From Diadema antillarum (taxonomy: Eukaryota): DNA of 64,000 bases. How positions within the stretch are numbered: position 1 is the first letter of the stretch; every line of letters starts with the position of its first letter. Position numbers and translations under genes: made by a program. Positions 1 through 13,406 of the stretch are shown one piece after another. Under the pieces are notes generated by a model. It was not told the origin of the DNA. It did no database searches and saw only the letters and a program-made list of their open reading frames with translations. Location: assembly GCF_040938485.1 (NCBI RefSeq), contig NW_027271164.1:2294001-2358000 (forward strand). Direction: 5' to 3'.

Positions 1-558
1 TTCCAAATTACTATTCCAAACTGATGCTGATAGAGTAGATGGGTACGTACCATACTCCAGTTTGTTTTCCGGAATCCCGTGAGGCGACGTTATATCACAT
101 CACGCATCCAGCACATACATACAGACAGCGCGCAAGCTGTGAGATTTTGAGATTGCGCACGCACCGGAGGATACAGGATACTGTACTGTAAAAGTGGATA
201 TTTTCGCGCGACTAATTTTTCTGTTTTTAATTCCACGGAATCAAGACATCACGCACGGGAACATACAAGGTTGTATGGCAACCAAAAATATTCGCGGGCT
301 TTTATTTTCGCGCTGGATTCTGGTTGCGCGAAATGCGCGAAAATTTCAACACCGCGAAAATTTCCACTTTTACAGTATACAGGATACTGTATCCTCCTGT
401 GCGTGCGCAAGCTCGCTCTCAAAATCTCACAGCTTGCGCGCTGTGTGTATGTGCTGGATGCGTGATGTGATGTAACGTCGCATCGCGGGATTCCAGAAAA
501 CAAACTGGAGTACCGTACGTACCCACCTACTCTATCAGTGTGGAATAGTAATTTGGAA
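1..558. mobile_element. palindromic MITE (left arm may extend outside window) interrupted at its centre by a second MITE
   Basis: 1-18 (ttccaaattactattcca) is the reverse complement of 541-558, and the arms pair along ~180 bp up to the inserted element at 186-375. Confidence 0.85.
186..375. mobile_element. TA-flanked MITE, CTGTAAAAGTGGA terminal inverted repeats (family copy 1)
   Basis: TA-CTGTAAAAGTGGA...TCCACTTTTACAG-TA; related copies at 3643-3851, 4248-4473 and a more distant one at 13407-13613. Confidence 0.9.
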
Positions 559-1334
559 TATATGCACAAGATCAGGTTAGTACTGATTTTATTTTTCTCG
601 TTACAAAGTTTTGTAAAAAGATGTCAGACTTCAACTTCATGAGGCTGATTCGTGCGCGGAGAGGTGAGAGCCACAGAAAAAAGCACCAAAAATATTTAGT
701 TGGATCAGGCCGTAGGCGCTCGTGTTTTGATGGGTTGCTCTGCATCGATTGATTAGAACTCGATTTTTGAAAAAAAAACAAAAAAAGTTTTTCTTCTTTT
801 CATCATGGATAGTGGACATGTGTGTGTAACAAAAAATCACCGTGCAAAGTTGCAACAATTTATACGTCAGATGTGAGATGAATAAAAAGTGAATGGGGGG
901 CTTCTTAAGGCCCCCTCGGCAGGCCTCATGAGGCCTTCCGGGGGGCCTCATGAAGGCGGGGCAGTGCTCGTACGCAGGTTTCCCGGACTGGGTTTAGAAG
1001 ACGGTCTATTCAATACTTGTTTGGGTCTACATAAACTGTAAGTAAACACTATAACACTAACATGCACAAGCATACTTGTAAACTTAAATTAGGTTAAATT
1101 AGGTTTAATTTATCATTTTTAAATTTTATTTGAACTTCATTCCTAGCAACAAATGATTAGAAATTGGGACGAATCATGATGGAAAAAGTGATAATGGTGA
1201 TAGAATATAGAAAGTCTTCCATTTTGCATTTATTCTCTTTTAATGTACATGTGAACGTCTATAAGTTTTAATCATAAATGCTGAAAATGTTCTGTTATAC
1301 TTTGTCTTACTCGAGGCAGTGTAATTTAGATGAC

Positions 1335-2174
1335 TTCTTCTTCTTGCTTGTGGTCTTTCTGGTCTGTCAACTCATATACGGAGGCTGCATCTGAGAAATT
1401 TAGCCAAGACCCTGGCAGCAGGAGTGAGGCTATCTGAAGGGCATCCATCCTCCCGCCAGGCAATGAATGGTGCAGTCATCCACCAGGTCGTCTGCCCTAT
1501 GTACTTCCCCAAAGTCTCATACAATCTGTCTGACCGACTCCAGTGCGGAGTTGGTTCAGGCGACACCAGCCCTTTCGTAGTAGGTTGTAGCCAGGATGGG
1601 GTGGTGATCTTCTGTGGCAGCAGTAAGTGCTGCTTGTCCTGTCCCGGCCTAGCTTCTAAGGGGATGGGGTGGAATGCCTGCTAGCACAGAGAACTGGTGG
1701 GTACACTGTAGGAGTTGAGTTCAGACAGCCTGTGATGGTGCAGAGAGCAGAGTTGAGTTGAACGTCCACTCTCTGAGGGTGGCAGCTGTGCCTCCAGACA
1801 GACACACAATATTCGGCTGGAGGGTAAAAAAGGGTGAGGGCAGTGGAGTGAAGGGTGGTAAGATCGGCTCCCCAGTCATGGCCGCATAGTCTGCGCAGTA
1901 GGGATACTCTGGCAGATGCTTTCCCAGCTATATTGTGTGCGCTCCAAGGTAAGTTGGAGTGGCACAAAAATGGAGGTTGGTTCCTTGGAGTTTGACTTAG
2001 AGTTGGCGGTCTGCTTCCTTGTTGTTCAGGTGGAACACAGAGGAGATGGTCTTTTGTGCATTGAGTTTCCACTGCCTTTGCGGTTGATGCATTGTTCAAT
2101 ACAGCCCCATGCACTAGTGCAGCACTAGTGTGGTTGTAGCCATGGCCCGTGGCCGGAGTTTCTGCTGGATACAT
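1335..2174 (-). mobile_element. degraded 3' fragment of a non-LTR retrotransposon (I-group, Ingi/Vingi-like RT C-terminus)
   Basis: Minus frames give LLRRLCGHDWGADLTTLHSTALTLFYPPAEYCVSVW...VDVQLNSALCTITGCL and, further 3', WCRLNQLRTGVG; ends in a short (GAA)n tail near 1335-1345; frameshifted. Confidence 0.8.
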
Positions 2175-2448
2175 AAAAAAAAAAAGGTGTTGTATGTTTG
2201 TGGGCGAGACACATCAGGCACTTGCCTTGTTTATGCAACTGATTGACAAATTGCCCCACATTGACGTGAATAATTTGTCAATCAGTTGCATAGAAATCCT
2301 CTTGACGTAAGAAATTCGTGAATTTTAATTTAAGCATATTAAATTTCTGGATATACAAGCTTGTATGCTACATACAAAGTACATGTACACCGTACAAAGA
2401 TGTGTATTTTAGGTTAATGATGTCATCTTATTCTTTCCTTTTGTTCAG

Positions 2449-5400
2449 GATGATGATGAGTGGACAGATTTTCATGATGACTCACAGAAGGATTACAGCG
2501 GGCTGAAAGTTCAGGCCCTTCAAATCACGTGAGTAAAGATGTAGGAATGTAAATTATGTTATAGTTTGAAACGTTAGGGGAATCATGAATTCCGATTTAT
2601 GAATTATTTGAGTAATATGTCTAGGGCCAATTGTTTTTGTCAGTAATCAAATTGACGCTTAAAAATGTAATTTTTCACGTCTTAAATGTACCTTGATGTA
2701 ATTTGACATTTACTTAATCTGTAAATATACATACTGTGTATGTGCTACACTGTATGTAGGTTATATAGTACAATGGGGCAAGCAAGTGATGAAAGTTTGG
2801 CAAATCATGGAATGGTCAAGAGCCCTTTTGGGTCACACCCAAAATTTCAGTGCCAGAGAAAGTTGAGGGATATGCAAAATCATATCAAATGACATCACAA
2901 GTTTGAATGGTACAGTACATGTAGTACAACTTAAACCTTGTTTAATGAAATAGTGTATTACACTATTGAACTGTAATAATGCTGGATGGGTAATGCTTAA
3001 TTATCAGATAATAGAGGTAGTAGGGATGAGAATGACAGCTATTCATTCATATTTCCATTTGGGGAAGAAGTTAACACCTGCCATCAAACATGATGTGTTG
3101 ATGTCATTCACCTTGTGTGAGTGATATTTTAACCCATTTCTTCTGCAATTCTGCCAGAAACGTCAACGCCCCCAAATGAGGTTTCTTTTGTGCACCAAGA
3201 AAGAACGGATGGGTTGATAATCTGTGTGCACAAAAGCAGTCCAAGTAGTACAAATGTATTCCTTTGTTGAGGGTCAAGTGCATGTGCCATCGAACAATGG
3301 CAAATATCAAATGGACGTGAGATTATGAATTGAGCATGTGCTGATGGGTTTTCAGACTCTCTTGTTATACACTATAAGGGCACCCAAGTGTGGTCAGCAA
3401 AAGTCAAAATCTAATGAGCTCAGCCTCCATTGCTATATACGTCTACATAATGAGTTTTACGTAGCCAATCAAGCACACTTCTGTACAGAAAAACAGTTAT
3501 AGAATAATAATAATAATAATAATAATAATTGCATTTATATGGCGCTTCATACTGACGTTTCTAAGCGCAATTTAGAAGGAACTCTTATCTCTGGATCAAC
3601 AGAAATTTTCTGTTCTGTATAACAGAAATAAGCCTGAATTTACTGTAAAAGTGGAAATTTTCGCGATGTTAAAATTTTCGTGCATTTCGCGCAACCAGAA
3701 ACTAGTGCAAAAATAAAAGCACGCGAATGTTTTTGCTTCCCATATGTTCCTATGCGTGATGTCTCGATCCCGCGGAATTAAAAACATGCAAAACTCTTCT
3801 TACCAGGCCAAGAGCGAAAAATTAACCGCGCGAAAATATCCACTTTTGCAGTAGGCCATGAATGCAGACACTCCTACAGTGTATATAGATTTTAGAAACC
3901 TGGTATATCAGCCGTTATCAGGTTCCTGTAAGGAATGGGTTGAAAGTTCAGGCGTGTACAAAAGAGAGAGAGCTGGTTGAAGTAGATTGACATTTGTGAT
4001 GTTTTTTGATCCACAGAGATGACCCTGGTGAAGGAGAGGAAGATGAGGAAGAAGTGGATGAAAATGGAGAACCAATCAAGTCCAAAGGTCAGGGACAAAG
4101 TGGGCCCTGGAATAAGAACACTGAACAAGTTCAACCATCTCAAGCAGTTGCTGCTGCCGCTGCCCAAGAACCAGGTAAAGTCTCGAAGCTGCATGATGTT
4201 TGCCATCTACCCACCCTTGAGTCTAATCATTTAAGAACTTCCACTTACTGTAAAAGTGGATATTTTCGCGCGACTTATTTTTCGCGCTTGGCTGGGTGAG
4301 AAGATTTTTGCATGTTTTTGATTCCGCGGAATCAAGACATCAACCACTGGAACGTATGGCATGCAAAAATATTTGCGTGCTTTTATTTTCGCGCTAGTTT
4401 CTGGTTGCGCAAAATGCGCGAAAATTTCAACACCACGAAAATTTCAACACTGCGAAAATTTCCACTTTTACAGTATCTCACCCAAATTTCTACAAATTTA
4501 CCAGATGAGAATGAGAAGGGCATTAAGTTGCCGCTAAAGCCATAGTGTTCGAGGCACGTTAACGCCCTTCGTATGCTCACCCAACGAATTATTTAAGCTC
4601 ACTTTTGCCTGGCACCACATTCTTTACTCTTTTTTGTTATCATTCAGAGTGGGTGAAGGAAATGTGTGTTGATTATGAACAAAGTGTTCACAGATTTTTT
4701 GTGGAAAATGGGTATTAGCTCTCATAAGAGTTGTGCAATCAGTCGTAACTTCCAGAATACAGTCATTTTCTTTTAGACAATGCAAACGAGAAAAATGTAT
4801 AAAAAGCACACAAACAGAAAAGGTGCATATTGGTAGGAAGAAAAATAGAAGTTGGGGTGACTTGTTCTCATTTCAACTTATGCAGTGAGAATATTTGCGT
4901 GGTTGATTTCTGTGCAGAACCTCCAAAGGAAGAGCCCAAACCAGCAGCATCGACTGGAAAGTATATTCCACCCAGCAAACGAGCTGCAGCAGCAGCTGCT
5001 AGTAGCCAGGCTGCATCTGGACCAAGTGCTGCAGCTCTAAGGATGGGGCGCAAGGGTAAAGCCCCGCAGATTAACAGTGAATTTGAATTCCCAACACTAG
5101 CTGCAAGTTCAGAACTGGTAAAGCACAGGTGAGATACTTCAAGAAAAAGATCAGTCACATGACACGTCTATAGTGATGTACTAGGAAGGGCAGTCTTTTC
5201 ACCATTGATTCCATGGTCAGTGTTTTGCCAACCATGTCACCATGCCCAAACCATGCTCATGGGAGATTGTTGAGGGTTGGTCTTTTAATATTGCATTTTC
5301 AATGCAGGACCGCTATTTGTGACTGTGCATCCAGACAACATGAGTGTTCTGCTCCCTTGCAGAGAGTTGTTTAGGGCCCTGAAATATCTACTTAACGTTG

Positions 5401-7980
5401 TATTCAGTCAGCTTCATGTTCATATCAAGGAATCACAGACACATGGAAGCTTCATGTTGTGGTTAAATGTCGAAAGACTTCTGCTAGTAAAACTGATACA
5501 GTGCACTCCTGTTATAACAAAATGCTCGGTACCGGCAGTTTTCTTTCGTTACAACAAAATTTCGCTATAACCAAACAAATTTAATATATAGCGGAAACAA
5601 GGAAGCCAAGCATACTAGTATATGATATTCTGTTTGTTGAATACTCGTCATACACTGGAAAGCTATGTGAACAATAAAACAAATAGTTATTCAATTCTCG
5701 CCATCGCCAATGACGTAAAAAGTACCCGGATGTTGATTTAAGCGTCATTTACGGTGCATTATGGGATAGTCTGGTAGCAAAGTCACTTCCGTTCGTACGT
5801 GCGTGATACGTGACTAATGCTATTTACACACACAACCGACTGTATTCTACGTGTACTTCCGGTTTTCTCGACTTGAATTTCAGCTTTAATATGATTTGAA
5901 ATTTCTCCATTCTTAAGAAATTGCTGTTAATACGACTATGGGTTGTTACTGCGAAGCTGCCATGTGTTGTTCACACGACAATAAATGAACAAATTGTACA
6001 GAAATAGGTCCCTTACTGGCATGCAAGACGTGACGTGACCGAGTGGAAGAATTTTGCGGGTTCACAGCGCAGTACGTGCGCGTGCGACTTACTAGTAGTA
6101 GTCCTTGCTTGGAAGAAATTGCTTCGGAGACAGGATACTCGTAAGTTTGAGATCACGGTTCGTCCCGATTGTGTTCGCGACGCTTCGACAGAGAACAAAT
6201 AAAAAAAGATGGGCATTCCATGACGATATCCAGGTGCGTGAATATTTTCCAGCATATTTTCAGCGTATGCAGAGATGACTGATCAGTGATGTGCACATCG
6301 ATCGCATGATCAAGCAGTACGATGCAACGATATGTGTTTGCTTAAACTTGTATGCGTGCGGTGGTGCATGCTAATGCAAGGCCGGCTTAGGGCAATGTGG
6401 GGGCAGTGTACGAGTATGACAGGCCTGGCCACAGGCTGGCTCGGGTACAGCCGCCTGCTGTACTAGTATCCGTGGTCGGCGCAGCGCTATAGGTAAGGTA
6501 CACGTAGGCGCACGCTAACGCTGTGCAAAATATGCCCCGCGCCGGAAGTGGCTTTGCCCAGGAAGTGCACTAAATCTTGACGAAAAAGCCACATCCGGGT
6601 ACTTTTTACGTCATTGGCGATAGCGAGAATTTCAGATTATTGTATTACAATAACGCAAGTTCCCCTCGGAAACTGTGCGTGACACACCAAGCGAACACAC
6701 AGTGATGTGACGCTTGCCCATGCAGAGACACAATGCTTGTTCCGCTACGTATTTTCGAAAGCGATCCTCAGATCGTTATAACAGAGCATTTTTCTTTTGT
6801 TTTTCTTTGTCAGTGGCGCTCGGAAAAGACTTCGTTATAATGAAAATTTCGCTGTAACCGTGTTCGTTATAAGCGAATTTTGTACCATAGACTTTAATGG
6901 CGATAATTTTGGGACCAGAAGTTTTACTTCATTATAACGAAATTTCGTTATAACCGTGTTCGTTGTAACGGGAGTGCACTGTAGTGATACCATAATACTG
7001 ATGATGAGCATGGATATGGAAGTTCAGGCAGGCCTCTAGCCATATCTAACAAAGATTGTAACTAGACAAAAAAAATGTGGTCTCTATTATATATAAATTC
7101 ACCAATGTATGCCAATGTGTATGTGTTTGACACTAAGAATGTTTAAAAAAAAAAAAAAAATCTGCTCCAGCGTATCTCTGCGAATGCCTATGTATAGCTA
7201 ATGAATACAAGGAATTTCAATCATTTCAAACTATTCTAGCATTATCAATGGTGAGAAGATATCTTCAAATTTTCAAATTCTTAGGGCATATGTTGGCTCG
7301 ATATGCTCTAACGGCCTTCAAAGTAGTGTCAAAGCTCTCTTAGATGCAGTTTTATAAAGAGTCAAAAGTTGTTGAGGTGTGCTCAGTCACAAAGGTTATG
7401 CAGAGGAGCTGATTGTGGTGCTTGAACCTCCCTGAAAAATAATAATAATAATAATAATAAATCAAACTTTCTCTTCATGGCCTTACAACAGGATATTAGG
7501 TCCTCTCTGATTTGGGAAGTATTATTGCCTGTTGAGATTCTCATAACAGAATAGTGTCTGTCTGATATTTTTGGAATCTCCTGATTTTGATGTGTAAATG
7601 TTGTACAATTACAAAAGCTTGTGGCACAGGTGTGTCATGTTGGTCCACTACGTGGAAGAAAAATCCCCTGGTCGGTCATGCTTGCATGAAACCCAAATCT
7701 ATAGCAGAGAATAAATATGCTCAGCTGCCAATGCCAGAATATTGTAAATTTAAATGACATTGAGGTGGTAGTCACTCTGTAATGAACAACTACTGTAATA
7801 AACACTCATGAATGCATTGATTACACAGTGTGCTTTCTTCCATCATCAACTTTCAGTAACAAAGGAGAGGATGCAACATTCTCCACAGTAACACGGGGAG
7901 GACAGGCTGTGGACAATGCCAGCAGTAGAGGCCCTGACTTAGAGCTAGGAAACCGTTATGCAGCCCTTGGAGGAAATTGA
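2449..7980 (+). CDS. CDV3: CDV3 homolog, 3' part (5' exon(s) presumably upstream of window); exons 2449-2528, 4017-4174, 4918-5128, 7857-7980
   Basis: Four AG/GT-bounded exons join in phase (2,1,2): DDDEWTDFHDDSQKDYSGLKVQALQIT / DDPGEGEEDEEEVDENGEPIKSKGQGQSGPWNK... / ...GKYIPPSKR...KAPQINSEFEFPTL... / ...GPDLELGNRYAALGGN*. The EW...KDYSGLKVQ, SGPW, YIPP, P.I.S..EFPTL and L.LGNR..AL motifs match my recollection of the CDV3 family. Confidence 0.9.
3643..3851. mobile_element. CTGTAAAA MITE copy 2 (body inverted relative to copies 1 and 3)
   Basis: TA-CTGTAAAAGTGGA...TCCACTTTTGCAG-TA; internal sequence is the reverse complement of 186-375. Confidence 0.9.
4248..4473. mobile_element. CTGTAAAA MITE copy 3
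   Basis: Same TIRs and TA flanks; small internal tandem duplication of the aaaatttcaacac segment. Confidence 0.9.
5499..6981. mobile_element. Tc1/mariner (Tigger-like) non-autonomous element with a nested insertion
   Basis: TA-CAGTGCACTCC...GGAGTGCACTG-TA; a shorter reverse-oriented copy lies at 30149-30697. Confidence 0.9.
5696..6628. mobile_element. 933-bp TIR element nested in the Tigger-like MITE, apparent AT target duplication
   Basis: TCTCGCCATCGCCAATGACGTAAAAAGTACCCGGATG at the left end and its near-perfect inverse at the right end, flanked by AT/AT; the copy at 30149-30697 has the empty site (tcaATttcag). Confidence 0.85.
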
Positions 7981-8965
7981 CACTTTACCCGGAGGGAGAG
8001 GAACTAGGCTGGTGTAATGTGGCCTAGAAAAAAAAGACATTGTCAAATAGACTGATATTTTTGTATCGTGGTGAGGTGCTAGAGACAGTGCAGTGAACAC
8101 CTTCAGAGATGCTGTTGAGAACAGGCAGAGTGTGATGAGGAGGAGGAGGATCTGTGGAGCGTTTCTTGTCCTCGGCTGCTGGGAGAAAAGAAGACATGAC
8201 TTTGTGCTCTCCAGATTAACCATTTTTCCCAGCAATGAAACCAGGATCTCTGGACCAGCACAGAACCACACTCCTGTACGTTTTAAGTTTTTTTTTTGTT
8301 TTTTGTTTTTGTTTTTTTCGAGCACAACTTCTTATGTGTAGAGGGAATGCCCTTGGTTAGGGATGTTATGATCTTTCCCATTTCCCCCATCAGAATTTAT
8401 TTCATTTTGAATATTGCCCATTTAATGATGAAGTGAGGAAGCAGTATTAATTTTAGTGTATCAGGAGGAATACAGATCTTCTTGATGAATTCAATATTTG
8501 AGATATTTTCATTTCAACAAAGCATCTGGTACAACTCTCTCCAGAAGTATATTTCCAAGGACCCAATAATTTCAATCTCAAATGGAAAATAATAAGAAAA
8601 AAACTTAGAACGCAGGGCACTAACATTTCAATATCCTGTGGAATTGATCCAGATTCTAGTCTATATGAATATGACCACCCACCGAAATGTGAAATATGAA
8701 AACCTTGGTGGAATTGAATTCTTACCTGAAGCTCTACACTGAAGAGCACTTATTGCTCATGTGTGGTATATTTCACACAACTCTTTGACCTTTGTTACCC
8801 AATATTTGTAGAAAATTAAAATTTCAATGTGGAAGGAGCAAATTATATCATTTATGGAAGAGGGGAAGTCCTTGCATTTGACTCAGACAAATTGCAGTGA
8901 TTTTTTTAAAGCTTCATTACTTGATAAAGCAGCCTAAACTATTGTCATAGATCCTGTCTCAAACA

Positions 8966-9058
8966 TTAACCCGTTGAGGACGAGTCGCGAGTATACTCGG
9001 GCAAGTGTCTATGGAAAATGAGTGTTATAGCAAAATCAGCCTGTCCTCAACGGGTTAA
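8966..9058. mobile_element. ~90-bp TTAA-flanked piggyBac-type mini-MITE (other copies 17907-17992, 21161-21253)
   Basis: TTAA-CCCGTTGAGGAC...GTCCTCAACGGG-TTAA; the three copies share the internal gagtatactcggg and atagcaaaatca motifs. Confidence 0.8.
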
Positions 9059-12000
9059 AATCAGGTAAAGAGTGCAAGTATCTACATACACTGTACATAC
9101 AATTGACAACCAAGGCACAAATCCTAGCAACTAACAGAACATCATTTCTACCTAAATTCATTTTTGTTTGTTAGTGCAGTGTCCGTCTTTACACCTGTCG
9201 TTTGTTTTTTGTTTTTTTGTAGGTGGTTACAGATGGACTGCACCAACTCACATATCATACTAGCAATCTTGGGCCTGACATATGAAAAGAACTTTATCTA
9301 TTCTGCATCTTGTAATCAATTTTATTATTGTTATAAAATCTCCACCCCTTCAAGTAAGAATTTATGATGCTTGTAGTAAATTTGGATTAAGATCACAGAG
9401 AGATATAACAGGAAATGGAAGTATCATTTCTGATGATATATAATACATGTGTATGTTTAAAAAATCATCAGGAATTGAGTGTGCTGTCATGCTGTACAAC
9501 TCTTGATCCAAATCTGAGATGTTTTCTTGAGTATCTGTTTGTTTTTCATGGTAATAGTCCTTCTTATCTCATCTCACAGTCAAGTGTCTTCAACAGTAAT
9601 TTCAATTACATTGTGTCATGGTAAATATTGCAAGTACCAAGTACTGAATATTAATAGTTTGTTGTCGTTGTTTTTTTCTGGGGGGGGAGGGGGGTGTCGA
9701 CAGGTGAATATGCAGGTGAAGTATTTTGACGGTAAACAGGATTAACTTTGAAGAATGAAAATATGGTCAGAGCTGGTGGGAGGTTTAACATGACAGCTAA
9801 TTAACTCATGTATGTTGGCTCTTATGTGTTTTGCTTCCCTACAACTAATGCCAATATGTTTTACGTATATTGTTTGGGAAAAAGGCAGTTTAATGATCTG
9901 AAAGTTAGTTGAATATTTGTCTATGTTGATACTTTTGGCATGCCATGCTGGTATTTATGTTGATGCTCTACTCCCATTCAAGTCAAATATTGCATAAGTT
10001 ACAAAATTATCTTCACTCCTTGTGGTTTTATTAACATTTGTTGTCTTATGTAACAAGAAATGTTTTAAATTGGTCAATCTGTATCCACTCTCATGCTCGG
10101 GAGTGTTTTGGCCCAAATCCTTTGGACGAAACTGGCCCACTGCCAATGGCTTCTTCAGCACACATCATACAAGTAACTTGTATGTACTTTTGCAATACAT
10201 GTATGTGGGAAGGGTGAAATGAAGTAACACGTGATCATGCATTATCCCCTTGCAGCTCTCATACATCCATCACAAGTATTGTACTGTAGGAATCTTTATA
10301 CTATCTGTACTAGGAAGAATGTAGATTGCTCCATTTTTGTTTATTGTGTAGTCCAAATACAGCTTTATTCCTTCTCAAAACAAGAACAGAAACACATTTC
10401 ATTTTTGGTACTGTCAAGACTCATCTCATAGAGTTTTACATTTTCTTTTTGTCCAGAAGTACACATGTACTTAATGGTGGAGAAAAAAAGGTACATGTAT
10501 GCCTGCAGACAAACACTTCATATTACATTTGCACTTGTCAAAAATGTCTTTTATGTCTCTGAAATCAATCCTTGTCACTCTGATCATTTGCCTGCTTCTT
10601 GTTGGACATTTAGAAACTTCATCAATGTCTCATGCTACATGCACATACAACATGCGACACTGTTGCATAGTGAGAATATGAAGTGTACATTGTTTGCTAG
10701 AAGCCTGGCCAGAATCGAAACAATCTATACTCTAGCAACAGTTATGATATGCTTTCTTCTCAACTGTATTCTGCAATATAGGCCATGATGTGATACATGT
10801 AAATGGTGATATCATTGCAACATCCATCCACAAGTACTAGAAGGAAGAAATTGAGTAGATGGGGAGAATAAACTTTGCAATATTTCCCCAGAAAAGAACA
10901 AAGCCTCAGGGAAGAGTTAGACACAAAGGGATGGAAACTTGAGGAGCATTAAAACTTGATACAATTTGTAAATGAGTTCATCATTGTACACCATATTATT
11001 TGGCACTATGAAGTTAACCTTGTCTTGTTTCACCAGCCTTTAACCAAAGGCCACCCCTAGCCACCCTCCAGACCGGCAGTGTTTGAAGCACATGATGGCA
11101 AGTTGGGTGTACAGTTCAGGGTGCCTTTATCCAAGGCCACAGTTCACCTTACACAAGTCAAAAATGACAACATGACATGTACAGTGGGTGAGAACTTGGA
11201 TGTCATATATCTTTTTGCTTAACGCATTGTCAATCGACTCAAGTACAGTGTACATGTATTACACAAAAAAGCCATGTTCAGTCATTCTTTTTGTTTATTC
11301 TCAGTGGCTTTGACTTGTGTCAGGTTGACTGTATTTATAAAACTCTCTTTACTTTATACTATTCATAGACAATTATTGAAATGTAATTGTATTAAGAATG
11401 TGACCATGTATGGGAGGATTGATGTATTGTGTTTGCATGTATTTATCTTTTAATGATTCAGACCTGAATATTGCTAAAAGATTATGCAACGGATGAGTGG
11501 GTTTGTTTTCCGCAGTGATATTAACATGTTTAGCACCATGGTAATTAACCCCAAGCATGGAGAATTCTCACTCAAACTTCTGTCTTTTGGGTTTGGTATA
11601 ACTCATTGTGTAAACTGATGAGCACTGGAACTACATGGTGTGACTCAGCAGTTTGTAACTGAAACACACCTATTGATGGTAGAAGCAAATTGCCAATGTA
11701 TTAAAGAAAAAGAAAAATGCAAAATCATTGAAACAAAATTGTGTGTGCAGTATTTGTGTTAATTATCATGGCGACCTACAGTGTAAATGAGGCATGAAAT
11801 TATGTATGTGTGGTATCTTGAGTGCAGAACAAGAAAGAAAGTGGCCTTTGTGATATGTGCATAGATATGGTAACAATCTTTATCTTTCTTGTATGATAAA
11901 GCAATACCTTTTGGAAAGAGGAATTCCAGACTACTTACAAGAAGTTTGAAAAAAAAACAACAGAAAAAGCTTTACAAGCACAACAATGAAGATTTTATCA

Positions 12001-13406
12001 AAAGTTCTGAAATTGTTAACTTGCTAATTTTCACAAAACAGTTTTTGTCTCTCCTGCGTAGCCGAAGCGAGACATACACGTAGGCATCCCTTTTCCATCA
12101 TTATCGTCATCAGCATCAGCAGTTTGGTGTACTCTCTACACCTTTCCACAGCTTTGAGTAATGACCACCAAACTACGTAACACCAGAGGTACATTTGTAT
12201 GTAATCTAAAATTGCCAGTCAAGTTCGAAAATGGGTGAAGTCTGACAAGTTCAAAGGCCAAATAGTCAATGAACTTAACCTGATAGCACTATACACATAG
12301 TATTGTGGTATACAGTATTTGTAATAACTGTCCACAGCTTCAAGCCATGACCACCAAAATTAACACCACGGGTACATTACATGGTACCTAAAGATGCCAA
12401 TCAAGTTCAAATATTGGTGAAGTCCGACAAGGTCAAAAGGTCAATGAACTTTTCATACCCAATAAGCATTTTACTTGTAGTATTTTGATGTACTCTCATT
12501 AACTTTCCACTGCTTTAAGCTGTGACCACCAAATTCACACGAAGGGTGTATCACCTAAAGGTGCTGGTCAAGTTTGAACATTAGTAAATTTCAACATGGT
12601 CAAAGGTAAAAAAATTGATGAACTCCACCTGACCGTATTGTGCGCTCTCGACTTTCGAAAGCTTTGAGCTATGATCACACAACTGACACCACAGGTACAT
12701 CATGATGCTGATCAAGTTTCAATATTGGTGAAGTCCAACAAGGTCAAAGGTCAATGAACTTACATTGAAAAACATTGTAATAACAAATTGCGACATGCAG
12801 GTGAAACATCACTTGCCATATGCCTTGCTGAACTGAACTGTCAATATGATTATGGAAATGGGTGAGTTGATGATTTCACCACCTCACAACTTGCCATATT
12901 ATAGTTTGTACGGTACATCAAGTCTTCGATTTTTTTCCCCCTGCTTCAAATGCAATAACGCCTTAGTCTCAAAACCTAACTTATCTTACTGATAAAGCTA
13001 TTCAGCCAGGAATAACATGTTAAATACTTTTATAGCAGAAGAGTTGAATTTTTGCCAGTGTCTTTTCATACACAATCAATAAGATATTGCTAGTTGATGA
13101 CCTCGGGTCACTTCTTACCATATTCATATTGACTGTTCAAGAGCTGCTTTGTGAAAACGAGCAAAACTTTAGAATCTTATGATTTCCCTAATTTTTATCA
13201 GATTCAATCAAATTTTCAATTTGCTTGTTAAATTTTACTCTCTTTTTCAGTCTTCAGGCTGGTCCAGATATACTGAATACAAATACAATGTAATTACAAT
13301 GTATCCGCAACATTGGTGAAGACTTCATAAATACAATGTCCATGTATGTACTTGCATATGGTACAGCACCTCTCACTGGTTCAGAAAAGCTGTCGTGCTG
13401 AGATTA

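Noticed and set aside
5118-5123. Alternative CDV3 donor CTG|GTAAAG
   Set aside because: Phase 0 does not fit the terminal exon at 7857, whereas the donor after 5128 does.
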